Origin: Dicyema japonicum
Lineage: Eukaryota; Animalia; Dicyemida
Direction of reading: 5' to 3'
Assembly: GCA_011109175.1 (NCBI GenBank)
Contig: RDEW01000062.1
Location: forward strand, 124,001 to 188,000
DNA length: 64,000 nucleotides
Numbering within the stretch: position 1 is the stretch's first letter; each line of letters begins with the position of its first letter. The translations under genes were made by a program, and so were the position numbers. Shown in pieces: positions 1-13,179 of the stretch. The notes under the pieces were generated by a model, which saw only the letters and a program-made list of their open reading frames with translations, had not been told where the DNA came from and did not search any database.

Positions 1-347
1 CGGTTACCAATCTTTTACACCCTCTTCTGTTCGAAGCTAGACTCCTTAGAGTACCATGGTCCGCAGTGATTTCTTTACCAGCATAACATGTAATCTTAAT
101 CAAATTTCAATATAAAAGATTAAAATCGTAAATATCCATTATTCAGCTGATTTCAAATAACTAATCGATAACACATCAGTCAAAATAGACAATATGGGTC
201 TTTTCAGCTTTACTTCAATGTGTTAAATTACCATAATCTCATTAAATCTTGTTGAGATAAGGGATAATTGTCTTTTAATTGCTTCATTTATCGTTGTAAC
301 GCTGAAATATAATCCAACAATTGTTATTTTGAATAGTCGAGTATTCA

Positions 348-1534
348 ATGATTGTCAACTTGATTCTATTCTTTTTCTCCACTTGTGGCGAAAATGACTA
401 CCCAAGACATTGGTGATTATTTCAAGTGTTTATTGTTTTAGGTTATCAATGTCAGCGATTAAAGAAGATTATAAACCGGTCAACGACATTCTTTCATTGG
501 CAATTGAAATTAAGAACTACTGCAGTAAAGAGTATGGCCTTCAGTACAACCAAATTAAATTATGTCGTCAGAATCCTTCTCATATACGCGTTCTTGTAAA
601 AGCTGCTAAATTGGCTTTAAAAGAGTGCCGGCGAATTTTTGTAAATGAACGATGGCAGTGTGATCCAAGTCATTTTTCTAACTTTTCGAAAAAATCAAAT
701 TCAAAATATTCCCTATTCTCTTATGTTCTTAGTTACGGTTTAATATACACATTATTTTTAGCTAACAGAGAAACCGCGTTTTTATACGCTTTGTCTACTG
801 CAGCATTGCATCATGTACTAGCTGAAGAATGTAAAAATGGGAAGCTACCACGAGACTGTGGATGTTCTTTAGGCCCTCCTCCTGATTACATGGATAAGTG
901 GCAGTGGAAGGGATGTGGAGATAATATAGAATACGGAGAGGAATTTTCAAAGAGATTTACTCAAAATAAAGAAAATGTAGAGTATGATATTACTTCACAA
1001 CATAACAGTGCAGTCGGCGTTAAAGTATCAATATCCTTTTTAAAATATATTGATTATATTTTTAATCTTTAGGCTGTGAAAAAAATGGCAGAAATTGAAT
1101 GCACGTGCTACGATATGGAAGAAGGATGTGAAGCAAAAACCTGCTGGCAAAAGTTGTCTCAATTTAGTAAAGTGGCTGACTATATTCGAGAGTTATATAA
1201 CTCTGCTGTACAAACAACAGTGGTAGACGGTAAATTGAGAAATCAGTTCCCGACGGATACATTAATTGAAGATACTTTAGTTTATCTTGTCAGTTCTCCT
1301 AATTACTGTGATCGTTTTGAAGACTATGAAATCAGGGGGACACAGGGAAGAGAATGTAACCCAAGAAATGAATCTCAATATAATCTTCCCAGATGTGATG
1401 AATTGTGCTGTGGAAGAGGATTCGTCAGAAAGGAATTGATTAAAGCGGAAAATTGTAACTGTCGGTTCGTATGGTGTTGTCGTGTAGAATGTGACACGTG
1501 CTATAAGAAGCAAGTTATATACTATTGTCGGTAA
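348..1534 (+). CDS. WNT: Wnt ligand, most similar to Wnt9-type; multi-exon (introns at about 413-441 and 1025-1072, probably also 738-761)
   Basis: Hydrophobic N-terminus MIVNLILFFFSTC; motifs CRRIFVNERWQC, RETAFLYAL, CGC, WQWKGCGDN, KTCW, LVYLVSSPNYC, GTQGRECN, CCGRG, CNCRFVWCCRVEC; joining ORFs 410..1072 and 1076..1534 across GT-AG introns restores the frame. Confidence 0.95.
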
Positions 1535-1964
1535 TTTGATTGTAAAATACTAATTGATCTTAATAAAATAATTTTTGTTTGCTAAATTATTAAAGATATC
1601 GGTTATTACATTAGAGTAGAAAAAACCTGTTAACCAAGGTTAATTAATCGGAGGATCGATATGGTGAAGTACCTCTATTGCTGGGGATGTCTATTTATCA
1701 TTTCACTTCTTCTCATGATCTTAACAGGGGTGATGAATTTTGGATACGTCGGAAACTCTATGTTTTGAACGGATAAAGTGTCAAATACACAAGTATCTAG
1801 GTTCAAACTTCTCCCGTCCTGGGCGAGTGGTTGTCATTTCACACTCTTCAACAGAAAAACAGCTGTCTTTTCGGGTTTTTTTGCTTTGATGTCAAGTTGT
1901 GTCAAAAATATTTATTTTTGACATTTTTTTTTTTTATTACAAAATTTATTAACAATAAAATATT

Positions 1965-3126
1965 ATTTATTAACTATGGGGGAGAGCGGCTGCTGACATC
2001 ACGGAGTAAGCGTTTCCGCGAATAACTGCGATACCAATTCTTTGCCTCAGCCAGACAGCTTCCCGCACGTCTTTCTTGCGGTGGGGCCAATTTTCCCCCG
2101 ATTTCCTTTAGGAAAGAGGCTGTAATACTTCCAGCCGCACCAGACGTCTCGATTGCTACCGGTACAAAACGGTAGCGGTCTCCAATTTCGCCATATTTTT
2201 TTAATCTTGATTTTTCGGCCAGATCGGCTGCCGATCCAGCAGACTGCGCCGAGCTGAGCATCATCGAGTTCGAGAAAGAGATCCACAACAGTGCTAGTCC
2301 CATACGAGCGATTTTTCCCTCAGTGAACGGAAAGATAGTTAACCCATCCGGTCTTTTCCCATCTCCGCGGTCCAATCCCACAGGTTTCCAATACTGCCGG
2401 GAAGCCTGCCGCTTCAAGAGCTCGCAAGACAATGTTGTTCATAGCAGCATGGGGGTGCTCTGCCCGCACTCCTTTTGCACGAGAGCGCGGTGCAGCCCTT
2501 TTGGCATCGACGATCCCTTCACAGCGGACATTGGTGTTCGACGCAAACATCAGCTCCCAGGCGTTGTGCGATTCCAATCCGAATACAGTCATCGTCCAAT
2601 AGGGTCCCAGGGAGAAGACGGGAGTGCATCCAGCCACGCTCCGCTCCCATGGTTGGCGGCGGACACGAGGCATGCAAGACGATGCTGGTTGGCCTCAGAC
2701 TTTAGCACGTCGAAGATATTCTTGGAGTAATATCATCCCAGTCACGTTGCCTCGAAGGATCGTTCGGCATATCCAAACCAGTTTCATACCATTCGCAACG
2801 AGCTTAGTCGAAGACTTTTTCCCAAGAGAGTCGGTTGTAATACGTAGGATTTCTTGGACCAAAAGGCTTCCACTTGAGAGCGATGACACATATGCTGGAT
2901 AGGCGATCTCCAGCGCGACCTGAGAACCCGTTCCTCCGAGGCGTGTAGGAAGCTTGCATTGGTTCCAACTCGGCGCATCAAACTGGATGTTTAGAAGTAA
3001 TTCAGCTGATTTTCTCAATGTCCTATCCAGTGACAGGAGGATGTCACGATGTTTGAAGCAGGGAGAACATCGGAGAGCATATAAGTGTTTGGGCAAGCCG
3101 ATGCTATTCTTCAAAAGGAAGAACAA
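1965..3126 (-). mobile_element. CRE-like non-LTR retrotransposon, 5'-truncated and frameshifted (RT tail plus restriction-like endonuclease)
   Basis: Minus ORFs 2695..3126, 2320..2673 and 1974..2432 carry LPTRLGG, GLDRGDGKRPDGLTIFPF, KKYGEIG and FVPVAIETSG. Confidence 0.85.
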
Positions 3127-3234
3127 GACATTAATTTTATTTTTTTGACATTAATTTTATTTTTACTTTTATACAAAAGTAATTTTTTAAATAAATATTT
3201 TAAATAAAAAATAAAATTTTATGCTTCGTGGTAG

Positions 3235-4761
3235 ATGAAGCAGTTTACCGTTCGATTTCAAAAATGCATTTATATTGAAGGAGGCTATTCAAAAAATTCA
3301 ATTGCAGTTGGAGATACTGACAATGACGGGGTTTACATATTCTATTTAAAACTAAGAAAGATGAAATCATAATAGGAGGTTTACAGGGGAATTTTATGAT
3401 ATTTAAAAATTTGGACTCTGGTCCGGATTTTAAATTAAATAACCTCGGCCATGTTAACATTAATTGTTGAGAACTTAGATTGTGATTGTTAAGTTCACCA
3501 AAACTATAAACGAAAGGCCAGTAATTGCGGTTTTTATTGTTGATGGAACAGTCTATTTGTATACCATAAACGAGAGGAAAACCGTATTTTGAATGTTTAC
3601 TTTAGAGTCCTTTGTCGTCTTCCGCGTCTAAGTACATTCGTGTTTCGAATCAATTACTCAAACTTGACCCCGTCAGTGCTATTTTTCATTACTTTGGTTG
3701 AGTGTCTAATAAATTTATTTTTTAGAAAACGAAAAACGAACCAAATTAATTTTATTAAATGGAGAATTCAAAGTTACTATTTTTTTGTTAGAAAATTTTC
3801 ATTTCATCAAACTTGTTACCTTAAATCTGCCGATAAATGTATTTTTTAGATTTTTACTTAATAAAATTATTTAAATTTAATTTTTAAGGCATACTCTTTG
3901 AGTTCCCACGTGCTATCGACAGGAGTGACTGGATTTTATGTCGGCTGTTCTAATTCTGGACAGCTTATTGATTTGAGTGAACCTATTTTGAATGCTCGTA
4001 AGGTTTCTCCCTCTTCATTGCTACAGAAAGATTTGAATAAAATAGATTTGTATATTTAAAAATCATTTTAGACCTGAAAACAAAAATTTAAATTTAAAAT
4101 CTTTTAAGCATATTTGTGTTTTAGGAAATATTAATTTTGGCTCCAAAAATCAGAAACGATTAGCTTGTTTGACACGTGACGGTGTACGCTTGAATTATTC
4201 TTTAGGGTCTTTCTATTTGATGGTGAACAATTCAGTGCTTACCAATTTGGATCTTCCCCCATTGGGATTGAATTTACAAAAAATGCCCACTCTGGTTAGA
4301 ACTATTGAACATAATTTAGTTATCTCTCGAAAAAGTTGGAAAGAATGCTGATGATATTTTCATGTGCACAAGAGACGGTCAATTTTGTATTATTTGTGCT
4401 GATGGGTCTATCTGCCGTTGTAATTTACAACAGCAGGTCCAGTCGTTTCTAGTGGGTTGGCTTTGGCTGTGGAATCATAGGTAGGTTTAAGTTTCTCACC
4501 AAAATATGTCGGTTAATCCGACGCCGACTTTTCTTTATATTGGAAATGACGGCTATCTGCGGATCGCTATGGATTTTACTGATGGGTCCGTTCTATCAAA
4601 AAATGGATCAATTTATGGCTCGCTTTTGAAAAATAAGAAAATTCGAGAGTTTTTGAACAATAATAGTTTTCATATATTTTTATGATTTTTTAGAGAGCGT
4701 AACCAATGAAATTCTAATGAAAATTATATATGACCCAAATTTTAGTATAAATAAAATTAAT
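3235..4761 (+). CDS. ITFG2: ITFG2-like KICSTOR subunit (FG-GAP repeats), about 8 micro-introns
   Basis: Spliced translation gives SIAVGDTDNDG-KDEIIIGG and DDIFMCTRDGQFCIICADGSICRCNLQQQVQSF, matching my recollection of ITFG2 (ICLGDVDND..ELVVG; VVACAWDGQTYII). Confidence 0.7.
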
Positions 4762-6399
4762 TGATTTTGAATGAATTTTTAAAATTAAAAAATAAATTTT
4801 AGTCTGAATTTAGTAGGATTAGATTTATTTTTTATAGGTAAGGCAACTGCCGGCTTTTAGCGAATCATGATAGTCATCCTGAGAAGGAATTGCCACGCAA
4901 TCAGGGCAGCCGTTGTATGACCCTTGGCTGACATTTCTTTGTTTTCAACTACTCTTTAAATCTTTTTGAAATAGTTCAAAAATCTGTACTATGCTCGACA
5001 CTGTTTGAAAGTTTACTATTGCAGCTATAATTTGGGGTTGATAGACTTAATTTTAAGAACATAACGTGAAGATTAATTTTAAGAACATTCTTGGACCTAC
5101 AACAGATTCTTGTAAAGTGGATGAATATATTTTCAAAAAATTTCAAATGACTGGGATTTTAGAAATACTATAATATTCGAATAAAAGTTTCCCACCATCT
5201 ATCTATGCAAATCTTGGAGTTTTACTGCCACCTAGGTTTAAAGTGCTATTTCGCTAATATCAAAGATTCTCACAAAAGATCGAATTTTTAAAATCGAAAA
5301 TATTAATGTTTATTTGATTTTTTTCTTTAATATTTTTATAAGCACTTATTATTTTTTTAATTTTAGATACGAAAATAAAAAATGCTATTTTTTCTATTTT
5401 CCGATTAATAATAAGGGAAACGTTTTTTGATAACCTTGGATATACTTGAAACGACTTTTATCTAATTTCCCCAATCGGAGTGGGGCACATTTTTTAAACT
5501 TTATTACCTCTCATATCGTGAACTCCCCCAATGGAGTAGAAAAAAGAGAGATTTTTCGATGCTGACCAGACACTAGGCGTCTTCTAAGTTAGGTGGATCC
5601 CATGACACCTCTAAGGAATTGAGGAAGACAAAGAGCAGATCGAAATCTATTGGAAATTAAAAAAATGAATTTTATTTCTAAAAATATCTTAAGTATATTG
5701 TATTCTTATTGATAATTTCATTTTTGTAATTGAAATAAAAAAAATTATCTTTTTTTGAAAATGACCAAGGGGTAGATTTTTAAAAATTAAAAATCAATGC
5801 TCGAAACGCCAGTGTGGCACAACTCAGAGATTATGTGGACGGCGATGGATTTTTGTTAATGGCAATCGTCCGTATAAATTCTTACTATTTCTTGGCAATT
5901 AGAGAATTTTCTATTTATTTAAGAAACTTCAAGACCACCAAGATAAAAATGTGATAAATACAACTAACTTAGCGCTTACGTCTTATAGAAACTCCCGGAC
6001 TCTTTGCAAGTGGTCCACTAGCGATCCCGAACTCGATCTGGGTGTTCTTCTTTATAACCAGTCGGTATTAACTTTTCTCCAAATGGGTTCCTTGGTTCTT
6101 TACAGAAACGCACTCTTAAACGAAAATACCAATTGATGTTTTTTTTCGTACGGGGGAGGAAGATGCATCGTCAAGTGTATAATGTGCTCGATTTTCGAAA
6201 AGAAAAGAATATCCAAGCAGAAAAAATGTATTTAACGGTCTGAGATGTGATCTGGTGTTAAAGCCGTCTGATACATGTCACGTGAGAGAAAAGGGCTCTT
6301 CTAATAACCTTCAAAACGTTTTACTTTCGAAGCCCTTTGGTTGTTTAATTTTAATAACCACGGATATACCGGAAAATGGTTAAGAGTTAATTAACGTAT

Positions 6400-6690
6400 A
6401 ATTAAAGTATATCCAGTTCCTGCAGTAGGAGTAAGATGTGTCCTTTTCAACATCATGTTCATCAATACCCACCATAGTGGGAACCTTTTTAGTGTAGAAA
6501 AGAAGAAATAGATCCTTTTGGATGTTGCCTGCCACAGAACGTCTCCTGAGACGAGTGGATCACTTGATGCCTTTTAGGATTAAGCACAGATCAGAAAAGG
6601 TCTCTCCACCAGGTAGTAGCGTGCGAGAATCAAACCTACAGCTGATTGCGACCCGAGCGACAGTAATAGCACTATGCTACCTCCTAGCAG
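6400..6690 (-). mobile_element. tRNA-derived SINE copy (degenerate)
   Basis: Reverse strand reads gctaggaggtagcatagtg...gtttgattctcgc...cctggtgga and later actgcaggaactggat, homologous to the 12334 copy. Confidence 0.55.
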
Positions 6691-6789
6691 TGATTCTTTA
6701 ATTCTGTTTTAGATAAACAAGCTTAGACAAAATATAAAATTATTGTTCCTATAGATTAGGATAAAATGTAATTTCTTTTAAAAAATTTG

Positions 6790-8103
6790 TTAAAGCACTT
6801 TCCATAGATCTTCAATTGTATATCCTTCAATAGGTTTTTCGAACGCTATTTGGTATTTATCGGAAAACATTATTTCCGGTTTTTTATTTTCTTTTGTTAA
6901 TAAATATGTCTGTTAATATAATTTTCAAAATATTTACCCCAATAACATCTTTGTATTCATTATTTTTTGCATTGTTCGGTAAATCTTCCTTTATTTCCTG
7001 CCTACACTGTATTTTCTCTTCCTAAAAGTTAATTCAGATTATTCACGTCATTTAGTTCTTCCATAATGTCTACACCAAATATCGGCTTTTCTCTGTACTC
7101 TTGAAGTAATTGGCTGATATGGCTTATAATGAGTTCTTTCTGTTCTTTGTTTTTTGTCCCGAAACAGTAACAGCATTCATTTGTCTCCCTAGAATCACTA
7201 GAACTACCAATCTTGAAGTCACAATATAAAATGCTATTTCAGGATTAGACTTGAACGACTTTATTTTGCATTTCTGTAATTTAAACCTTAAATATCACCA
7301 AATGAAAATATGAAATGCTTATATTGTGCATTTCATCGAACATTCCTATCCAAACAATCCGAATATTAGTTAAAAATAAAGTCCCTAAAAACCCCTAGAA
7401 CTTCAAAGTATTTGAGACCTTATTTCTTGTCATTGCTGCAATTCCGTCGTAGCTCTTCACGAATGTCTCACGTGGCAATAATTTCAGATAATTTCCTAGC
7501 GAAAAAATCCCGCATTTTTTAACAATTCTGTACAACCTTGATGATTCGAACGCTCTAAATGATTCAATAATAATAAATTACCTGAAAACAGCATTCACAC
7601 TGTTATATAGTTCCTCGTGTTTATTGCCCTTTAAAAATAAAAAAATATAAAAAAAACTTTGCGATAGAATAAAAATTCATATGATTCTCTCAGAAAAGTT
7701 GCACGAATACGCAGGGTTTCAACATTTCCAAAAAATTTCTATCATTAAATTATCACTGAAACAGAGATTGAAGATTTAACAGTTAACTTGGTCACTGATT
7801 CAAATCCAATTACTTAAATAAGACTGCTTGTAATACCAAAGTGAATTTCTCCAACACTATATTTACATTTCCAAATTAGTCTGAGATTTGTGATAGTCAA
7901 AGTCCCTATAAAATAATGAATAATAAAAAACCGGTAATTCCTAAGTTAATGTTTACGTCTTCAATATTTGAAAATCGTCTTATAATGTATTCGCCTGGGA
8001 AAATTCTCAAATATCTTTGTTATAAATTTAAATACTTTTCTGGTATTAAAGACGAAACCGAATCAACTTGGTAAATATCTGCTAAAGCATCATTCTCGTG
8101 CAT
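6790..8103 (-). CDS. BBS5: BBSome subunit BBS5, multi-exon
   Basis: Spliced: GTLTITNLRLIW, AFESSRLYR, LKLLPRE, GFLGTLFLTNIRIVW, and C-terminal IAFEKPIEGYTIEDLWKVL*. Confidence 0.85.
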
Positions 8104-8379
8104 TTTGAGTTTCTATAGAATTTTTTTCATAACTTAATTAATTGAATTAAATTTTTAAAATATTTAATTAAAAATTATATTTTTTAAAAATAAATTATTT
8201 TATTGATAATAATTTTTGTTGGTTATTGGTTGGCACCTCTCTAGTAATATCTTTGTTTCTAGTTAGTAGTATTTTATTTATGGTAATGATGTAAGATTTA
8301 AAATAAGATTAATTATTTAATATTAAAATTTATGTGGTTTTTTTAATTGATTAATAAAGTGGCCATTCGCTTGTAAAAT

Positions 8380-9509
8380 TAAAAAAAAGATAAAACCTGA
8401 TATGGAAAAAATGTTATTCGAAAAACAAATGAAAGAGCTTTTTGTACAAATTTTTCTGAAAAACGACGTGGACAAGGTAAAAAGCTTAAATCGATATTTA
8501 AGTTATTTTTCTCTATCTTTGGAAAAATCAGTTTATTATTATTGCATTGTTTGATTAAAAAGTCATTAATGTTAATCTTGTCCAGTCTTGTAGATCCGGC
8601 GGCCAATCTTCTGCATGTCTTTCTGTTGTGCGCTTTCTTACAGTTTCGAGACCCTCCAAAATTAACGATTTTATTTTTATATTGGAGATAGCCGGTAGGT
8701 TACTTTTTTTGGTTTGCCTCAATAATTTCCACTCGTGGTTAGCGTTAAGTACGTCCTCATTACATAGATGGCTGAGTTACGAATTCCGAACGTAGGACAT
8801 GCCCAAAATTTTTCATATATATTCGTGAATTATCTCCAATATTTTTTCAGTATTATAACAGAAATACATTTTTTTGAATTGAAGTCTTTCCATAAGGACT
8901 CGCCTTCATCGGAACGTGTACATTTTGGCGAGTTCAACTCTGCTTATCCCAGGTGCCGGCGTTTCACGTAAAAATTTAACGCATGAATGCAATATATATA
9001 CTCTCATAAAGGATTTTTCTCTCTTTTTTCTCTCGGAAAATATTTCACAATGTTATCATACAAAATTGCCAAATGATATTTGATGTCATGAAGTACTAAA
9101 TCGTCCAATGCGCATTCTTATTCATATGAACTTTTTTGAACATGACTTTGAGAATTTCTGCAAATATATGTGCCTCTTCACAACGTGCAACAAAATAACT
9201 CACCTGTTTAATTAAGATAAGATAGTTATATACTTCATAAGATGCTCTGGTCTAAATTGGAAATTTCTAACTTGCTCCTTGTAGATGCATTCTATATTTT
9301 TTGAATCTCTTATGCAATTATTGTTTCTCATTAAAAATCTTATAGAATTGACTAATTGACTAACTAACCCAAAACAGCTACAAGATATAAGCGTGGATGT
9401 TTAATATATTTTAATAATTAAAAATTATTATTAAATAATTTATAATAAATTTCGCGGAACCCTAAAACTGGCTTCGCGGAAACCCAGGAACCCTGGTTGT
9501 GAACCACTG
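8380..9509 (-). mobile_element. Decayed hAT (Buster/Charlie-like) DNA transposon with one terminal inverted repeat
   Basis: Minus-strand terminus CAGTGGTTCACAACC at 9509, subterminal ttccgcga repeats, and a fragmentary RASYEVSYFVAR-type transposase segment with many stops. Confidence 0.5.
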
Positions 9510-10116
9510 AATTAAGGTAAAACAGTTCCCGTGGTCGGAGTGATACGCTTCCTTTCCAAACATTATGCCCATCCATATCCGCCATTGTGGAGACCTCTTC
9601 ATTGGAATATATCTTTTTTCAAATGTTAGAAGGTGCTATGTGTCTTTAAGACTTGTGAATTACATGGTTCCTCTTAGTATTAGAACAAGGCACAGAACAT
9701 AATGGAATCCTTCGATCAGGTAATTTGGAAATAAAACCCACAACTAATCACGACTCGGACGAGAGCACTTTACCATTATACTATCAGCATTAGCCTTAAA
9801 TAATTCAGCCAACGCTCCAGAAATCCGACAGGTATATTCTGTGCAGAACTCGGAGGTAGACCTGACAAGAGAAAAAGTGATTCGTCTACTGGTTGTTAAG
9901 AAAGCACGGTGGGCATAGTGGAGAAGATGATTATCCAATCCTGTACAGATACGAATGTACATCTCTTGGGATTTTTTATTTTTTACTTTAATATTTAAAC
10001 TTGTAATTTTTTACTTCAATATTTAAACTATTCTAATTAAAAATAGTACAAACCAAATATAAAGATTCTTTATCAAATTAATTTCCGTTAAATAATATTA
10101 TCTAAGTTAACCTATC

Positions 10117-11529
10117 CTAAAATCCAAATAGAGGATTGTGCCTGCATATTGAAGGCCCATGCTCCGAATAATCTGATTTTGTATGGACTACTTTTCTAAA
10201 TTCATTCTGTAACAATTTTGCATAACATATACAGTGTAAGCCATCATAGAACAACCGAAGTAAACAGCATACATTTGCTTCGAATGTGCATTTACGACAA
10301 TTTCCATTGCTTTCCCCTGAAATATCAATATGTAAAAATCAACTCCTTGTTCTCTGGTGGCAAATATTTTTTTCAAATCTTGATCAACTCTACGGTGTAA
10401 ATTTGGATAACACGTTGAACCTCCACTAAATACAATGTTCTAAATTAAATATTTCAATCTCATGCACTTTGCACAATCCCCTGCGAACGTCGATAGGGCA
10501 ACTCAATATTGAAGAAAATATCAATTTATCCAATGAAGTGGTAAATTCAGGATTATAAATGTCCGGTTCAAAGAGAAGTTCCGGAGCGAGGAACCGTTCG
10601 TAAGACATATCGAATTCGAATGGCTTTTTTGAAGTTTTGTTAAATCCTTGATATTTTTTAATTATTTTATCCGGCTGACTTTCAAGTTTGGAAAACTCCA
10701 TACAAGTGCTCTTGCAAACATAGCAGTGTTGCTCCTTCAAACAATAAAAAAGAAAACTTTGACTGTTTTGGCTACGTCATACAGGCAATCGGAGGGTACA
10801 CCATTTTCTCTTTCTCTGATCAATTGCTGAGTGAACGCTGTCATTTCAGTTCCGGCAATTGGCAAATATTTCATTGCAGTTCCAATGGCGTAACAATCAC
10901 TCTAAATGTAAAACTAAAATTCTACAATCGGAATGATGTGAGTTAGTCCGTGTCCTGAATCAATAACGATTCCAGTTGTCGGCCTATCGTTGGTATTTTT
11001 ATTCGCCCACGAAGCGGTCAAGGCCATCATAGCCTGAGTGCCAATATACATTCCCTTTACTCCAAAATTTTCAAACATAATTTCAGCCAAAAATTCTCTG
11101 TTTTCTGGTGTGTTGAGTGGCGGTTCAGTCTTTATTTAATAAAAATATTTTTCTACAAGGAAAAACAAATGATTTGAAGGATCTACCCCGAGATATGAAT
11201 AAATTGAAGCACACATTAATTTTTCATACAAATTGTAGTCATTTATAATTCCGTGTTTCATGGGAGACTGAAACTTATCCAAACTTTAAACTTTTTGAGT
11301 TAATGAAGCATTTCCATAAATATCATCTCCAATGGCAAAATCAAGATCCTGAAGAACTTTGGGAACTGTCCCAACTTTTCCTTTTCCAGAAGATTCTTTA
11401 ATTCCAACGAATGAAGGAATGATATATTGCGGCAATTCATGTCCTGCAAACCCCATTTTAGTACGGCTAAACTCATATTTAATATTAATACCCAGTTCCA
11501 ACATCAATAATACAAGGAAGAGTATCCAT
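10117..11529 (-). CDS. ACTR3: Actin-related protein 3 (Arp2/3 complex), 7 micro-introns
   Basis: Complete spliced ORF: [76 protein letters not shown]; no frameshifts. Confidence 0.97.
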
Positions 11530-11728
11530 TTAATTATTATATATGTAAATTTTATTCATATTTTTTCAAAATTTGAAAATAATGAATTATACTTAAAATA
11601 TAATTTCAAATAATTAAAATTTTTATAATGTTACTAAAATTATAATTTTTATTGATTATTGAAAAATCAAACTAATTATCGAATTGCCATGAAACTAAGG
11701 GAAGTGTATTGCTTTGGATTAAACCTTT

Positions 11729-11810
11729 GGTTGCGGGAACTGGGATCAGCTAACTAGTTGACATTACTTTTGTCTTTTTTTCTCGGTGATCCCAGAGTTA
11801 ATAAATAAAC
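11729..11810 (+). mobile_element. 3' end of the dispersed 'GIT*' LINE-like family
   Basis: ctgggatcagctaac...tttgtctttttttctcggtgatcccagagttaataaataaa is near-identical to the reverse complement of 50150-50235. Confidence 0.6.
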
Positions 11811-11819
11811 GTGCACGGA

Positions 11820-12085
11820 CACTTTCTCAAATGAGAATTTGCTCAAATCATCGTTGCGCGTGGGTTCCGCAGTGAGCACTGCTGAATATTTGAAAAGGAG
11901 AAAGTACTGCGGCATTGCGGACAGGTTCGCTTTCCACTCGATCTCTGTTGAGACGTCTGCCGTTATTGGTCCGAGCACGTCTGAGTTTATCAAATTAATC
12001 GGGTGGCTTGCAGGACTGCGGAGGAGTGAGTGCAAAATATCTCTTCCAGAACATTAGGCTCGCGATCATAAGAGGTAATTGAGAG
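11820..12085 (+). mobile_element. CRE-like endonuclease 3' fragment
   Basis: ORF 11839..12057: AEYLKRRKY...FHSISVETSAVIGP. Confidence 0.7.
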
Positions 12086-12333
12086 ATTTGATCGTCGATA
12101 TTACACCAATATGAAATCCATTTCACCATAGAAGACGCAACTTAATACATTCGGATTTCACTAGAAAATTATGTGGAATTAAGAAAAATCTGGAATCTGA
12201 GGTTCTTTTTATTACAAAAATGAAAAATAACTTATTCCTCCTGAAATTCTTAATGAAGATCCTAGGTGGGTAAAAAAGCTTAAGAAAAAGCAGACCTTGA
12301 TGATCTGAGGAATTTGGCTTTAGAGGAGGATGA

Positions 12334-12612
12334 GCCAGCTGGCATAGTGGTTAGGTGTCGGGCTAAAGTGACTTATGCTACGGGTTCGATTCTCGCTGAT
12401 GTTCACCTGGTGGAAGGTTCCACGCATCTACGATGCCAAAACGGTTTGACGAGTGACGTCGACATCAGTGGATACTCACTGCGGAACTGGATTGTCTAGA
12501 AAGGACCCACACACAAGAAAAAGAAAAAAAGAAGTGAAGATTATTCCTTGGTTCTACGATTAGTTTAAATTAACTGTTCCTGCCTATGCGGAGCTATAAA
12601 TATTATGGCTCT
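12334..12612 (+). mobile_element. tRNA-derived SINE (most complete copy)
   Basis: Pol III A box TGGCATAGTGG and B box GGTTCGATTCT; its tail (ttccttggtt..ctacgattag..aactgtt..tcctgcct..atggct) recurs at 46590 and 63500. Confidence 0.7.
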
Positions 12613-13179
12613 CGTGAAAAGGCTATTAAACAAGGAGGATGAAAGAGATTGGTAGCCAAAATCACCCAAGGGCGGCACATGTAAAATTATAGTTCTATAA
12701 GTCCATTTGCTTATAAAATTAATATCGCACAAGTCCATCCAGAATCAGCGGTAGCGTAAAAACGTCTAGTCATTGCACTTACGAGAATTTTTAAGTGAAT
12801 GATCCAAACGAGAGGTGAAGAGTAAATGATCCAATTTCATGCTATCCTGGTTGGCATTTGGAGTCAACTGAGAATGGTGGATCACATGGAGGAAGAGAAC
12901 ATTTCTACCAAGGAGGTAGTTGGGAGAATTGAATGTAAAGAAATTGTTAGAGACATGAGATCCTAACCACTAAACTATTTGATCATATTCATACAAACTG
13001 CTAGTTTGTGAGGTGATTCTTCGGAGTTCTTTTTGTAAATAACATTTATTTATTTTATTAAACTTCTATTCCATCCAGAGATAAGTTACAATAATAATCA
13101 ACAGCTACAGGTCAACCCACGCAATAGAAGGTTGAATTGAACTGACAATGAAATGAAAATGAAGTGATATTTACGAAGA

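Noticed and set aside
1659-1766. 35-codon hydrophobic smORF (MVKYLYCWGCLFII...)
   Set aside because: It adjoins a sequence resembling the reversed tail of repeat family B; no independent support
2323-2902. Plus-strand ORFs overlapping the CRE element (and similar antisense ORFs at 38714, 16279, 51236)
   Set aside because: Shadow ORFs antisense to GC-richer coding sequence
5790-6240. Possible small spliced gene
   Set aside because: No recognisable homology, and several incompatible splice solutions
7739-7756. Apparent 18-nt intron in BBS5
   Set aside because: An in-frame donor 6 nt upstream gives a 24-nt intron that aligns better with BBS5 (TVKSSIS-KFFG)
12334-12410. tRNA gene
   Set aside because: A and B boxes are present, but there is no clean cloverleaf and it is fused to a repeated body and tail, so it is a SINE head
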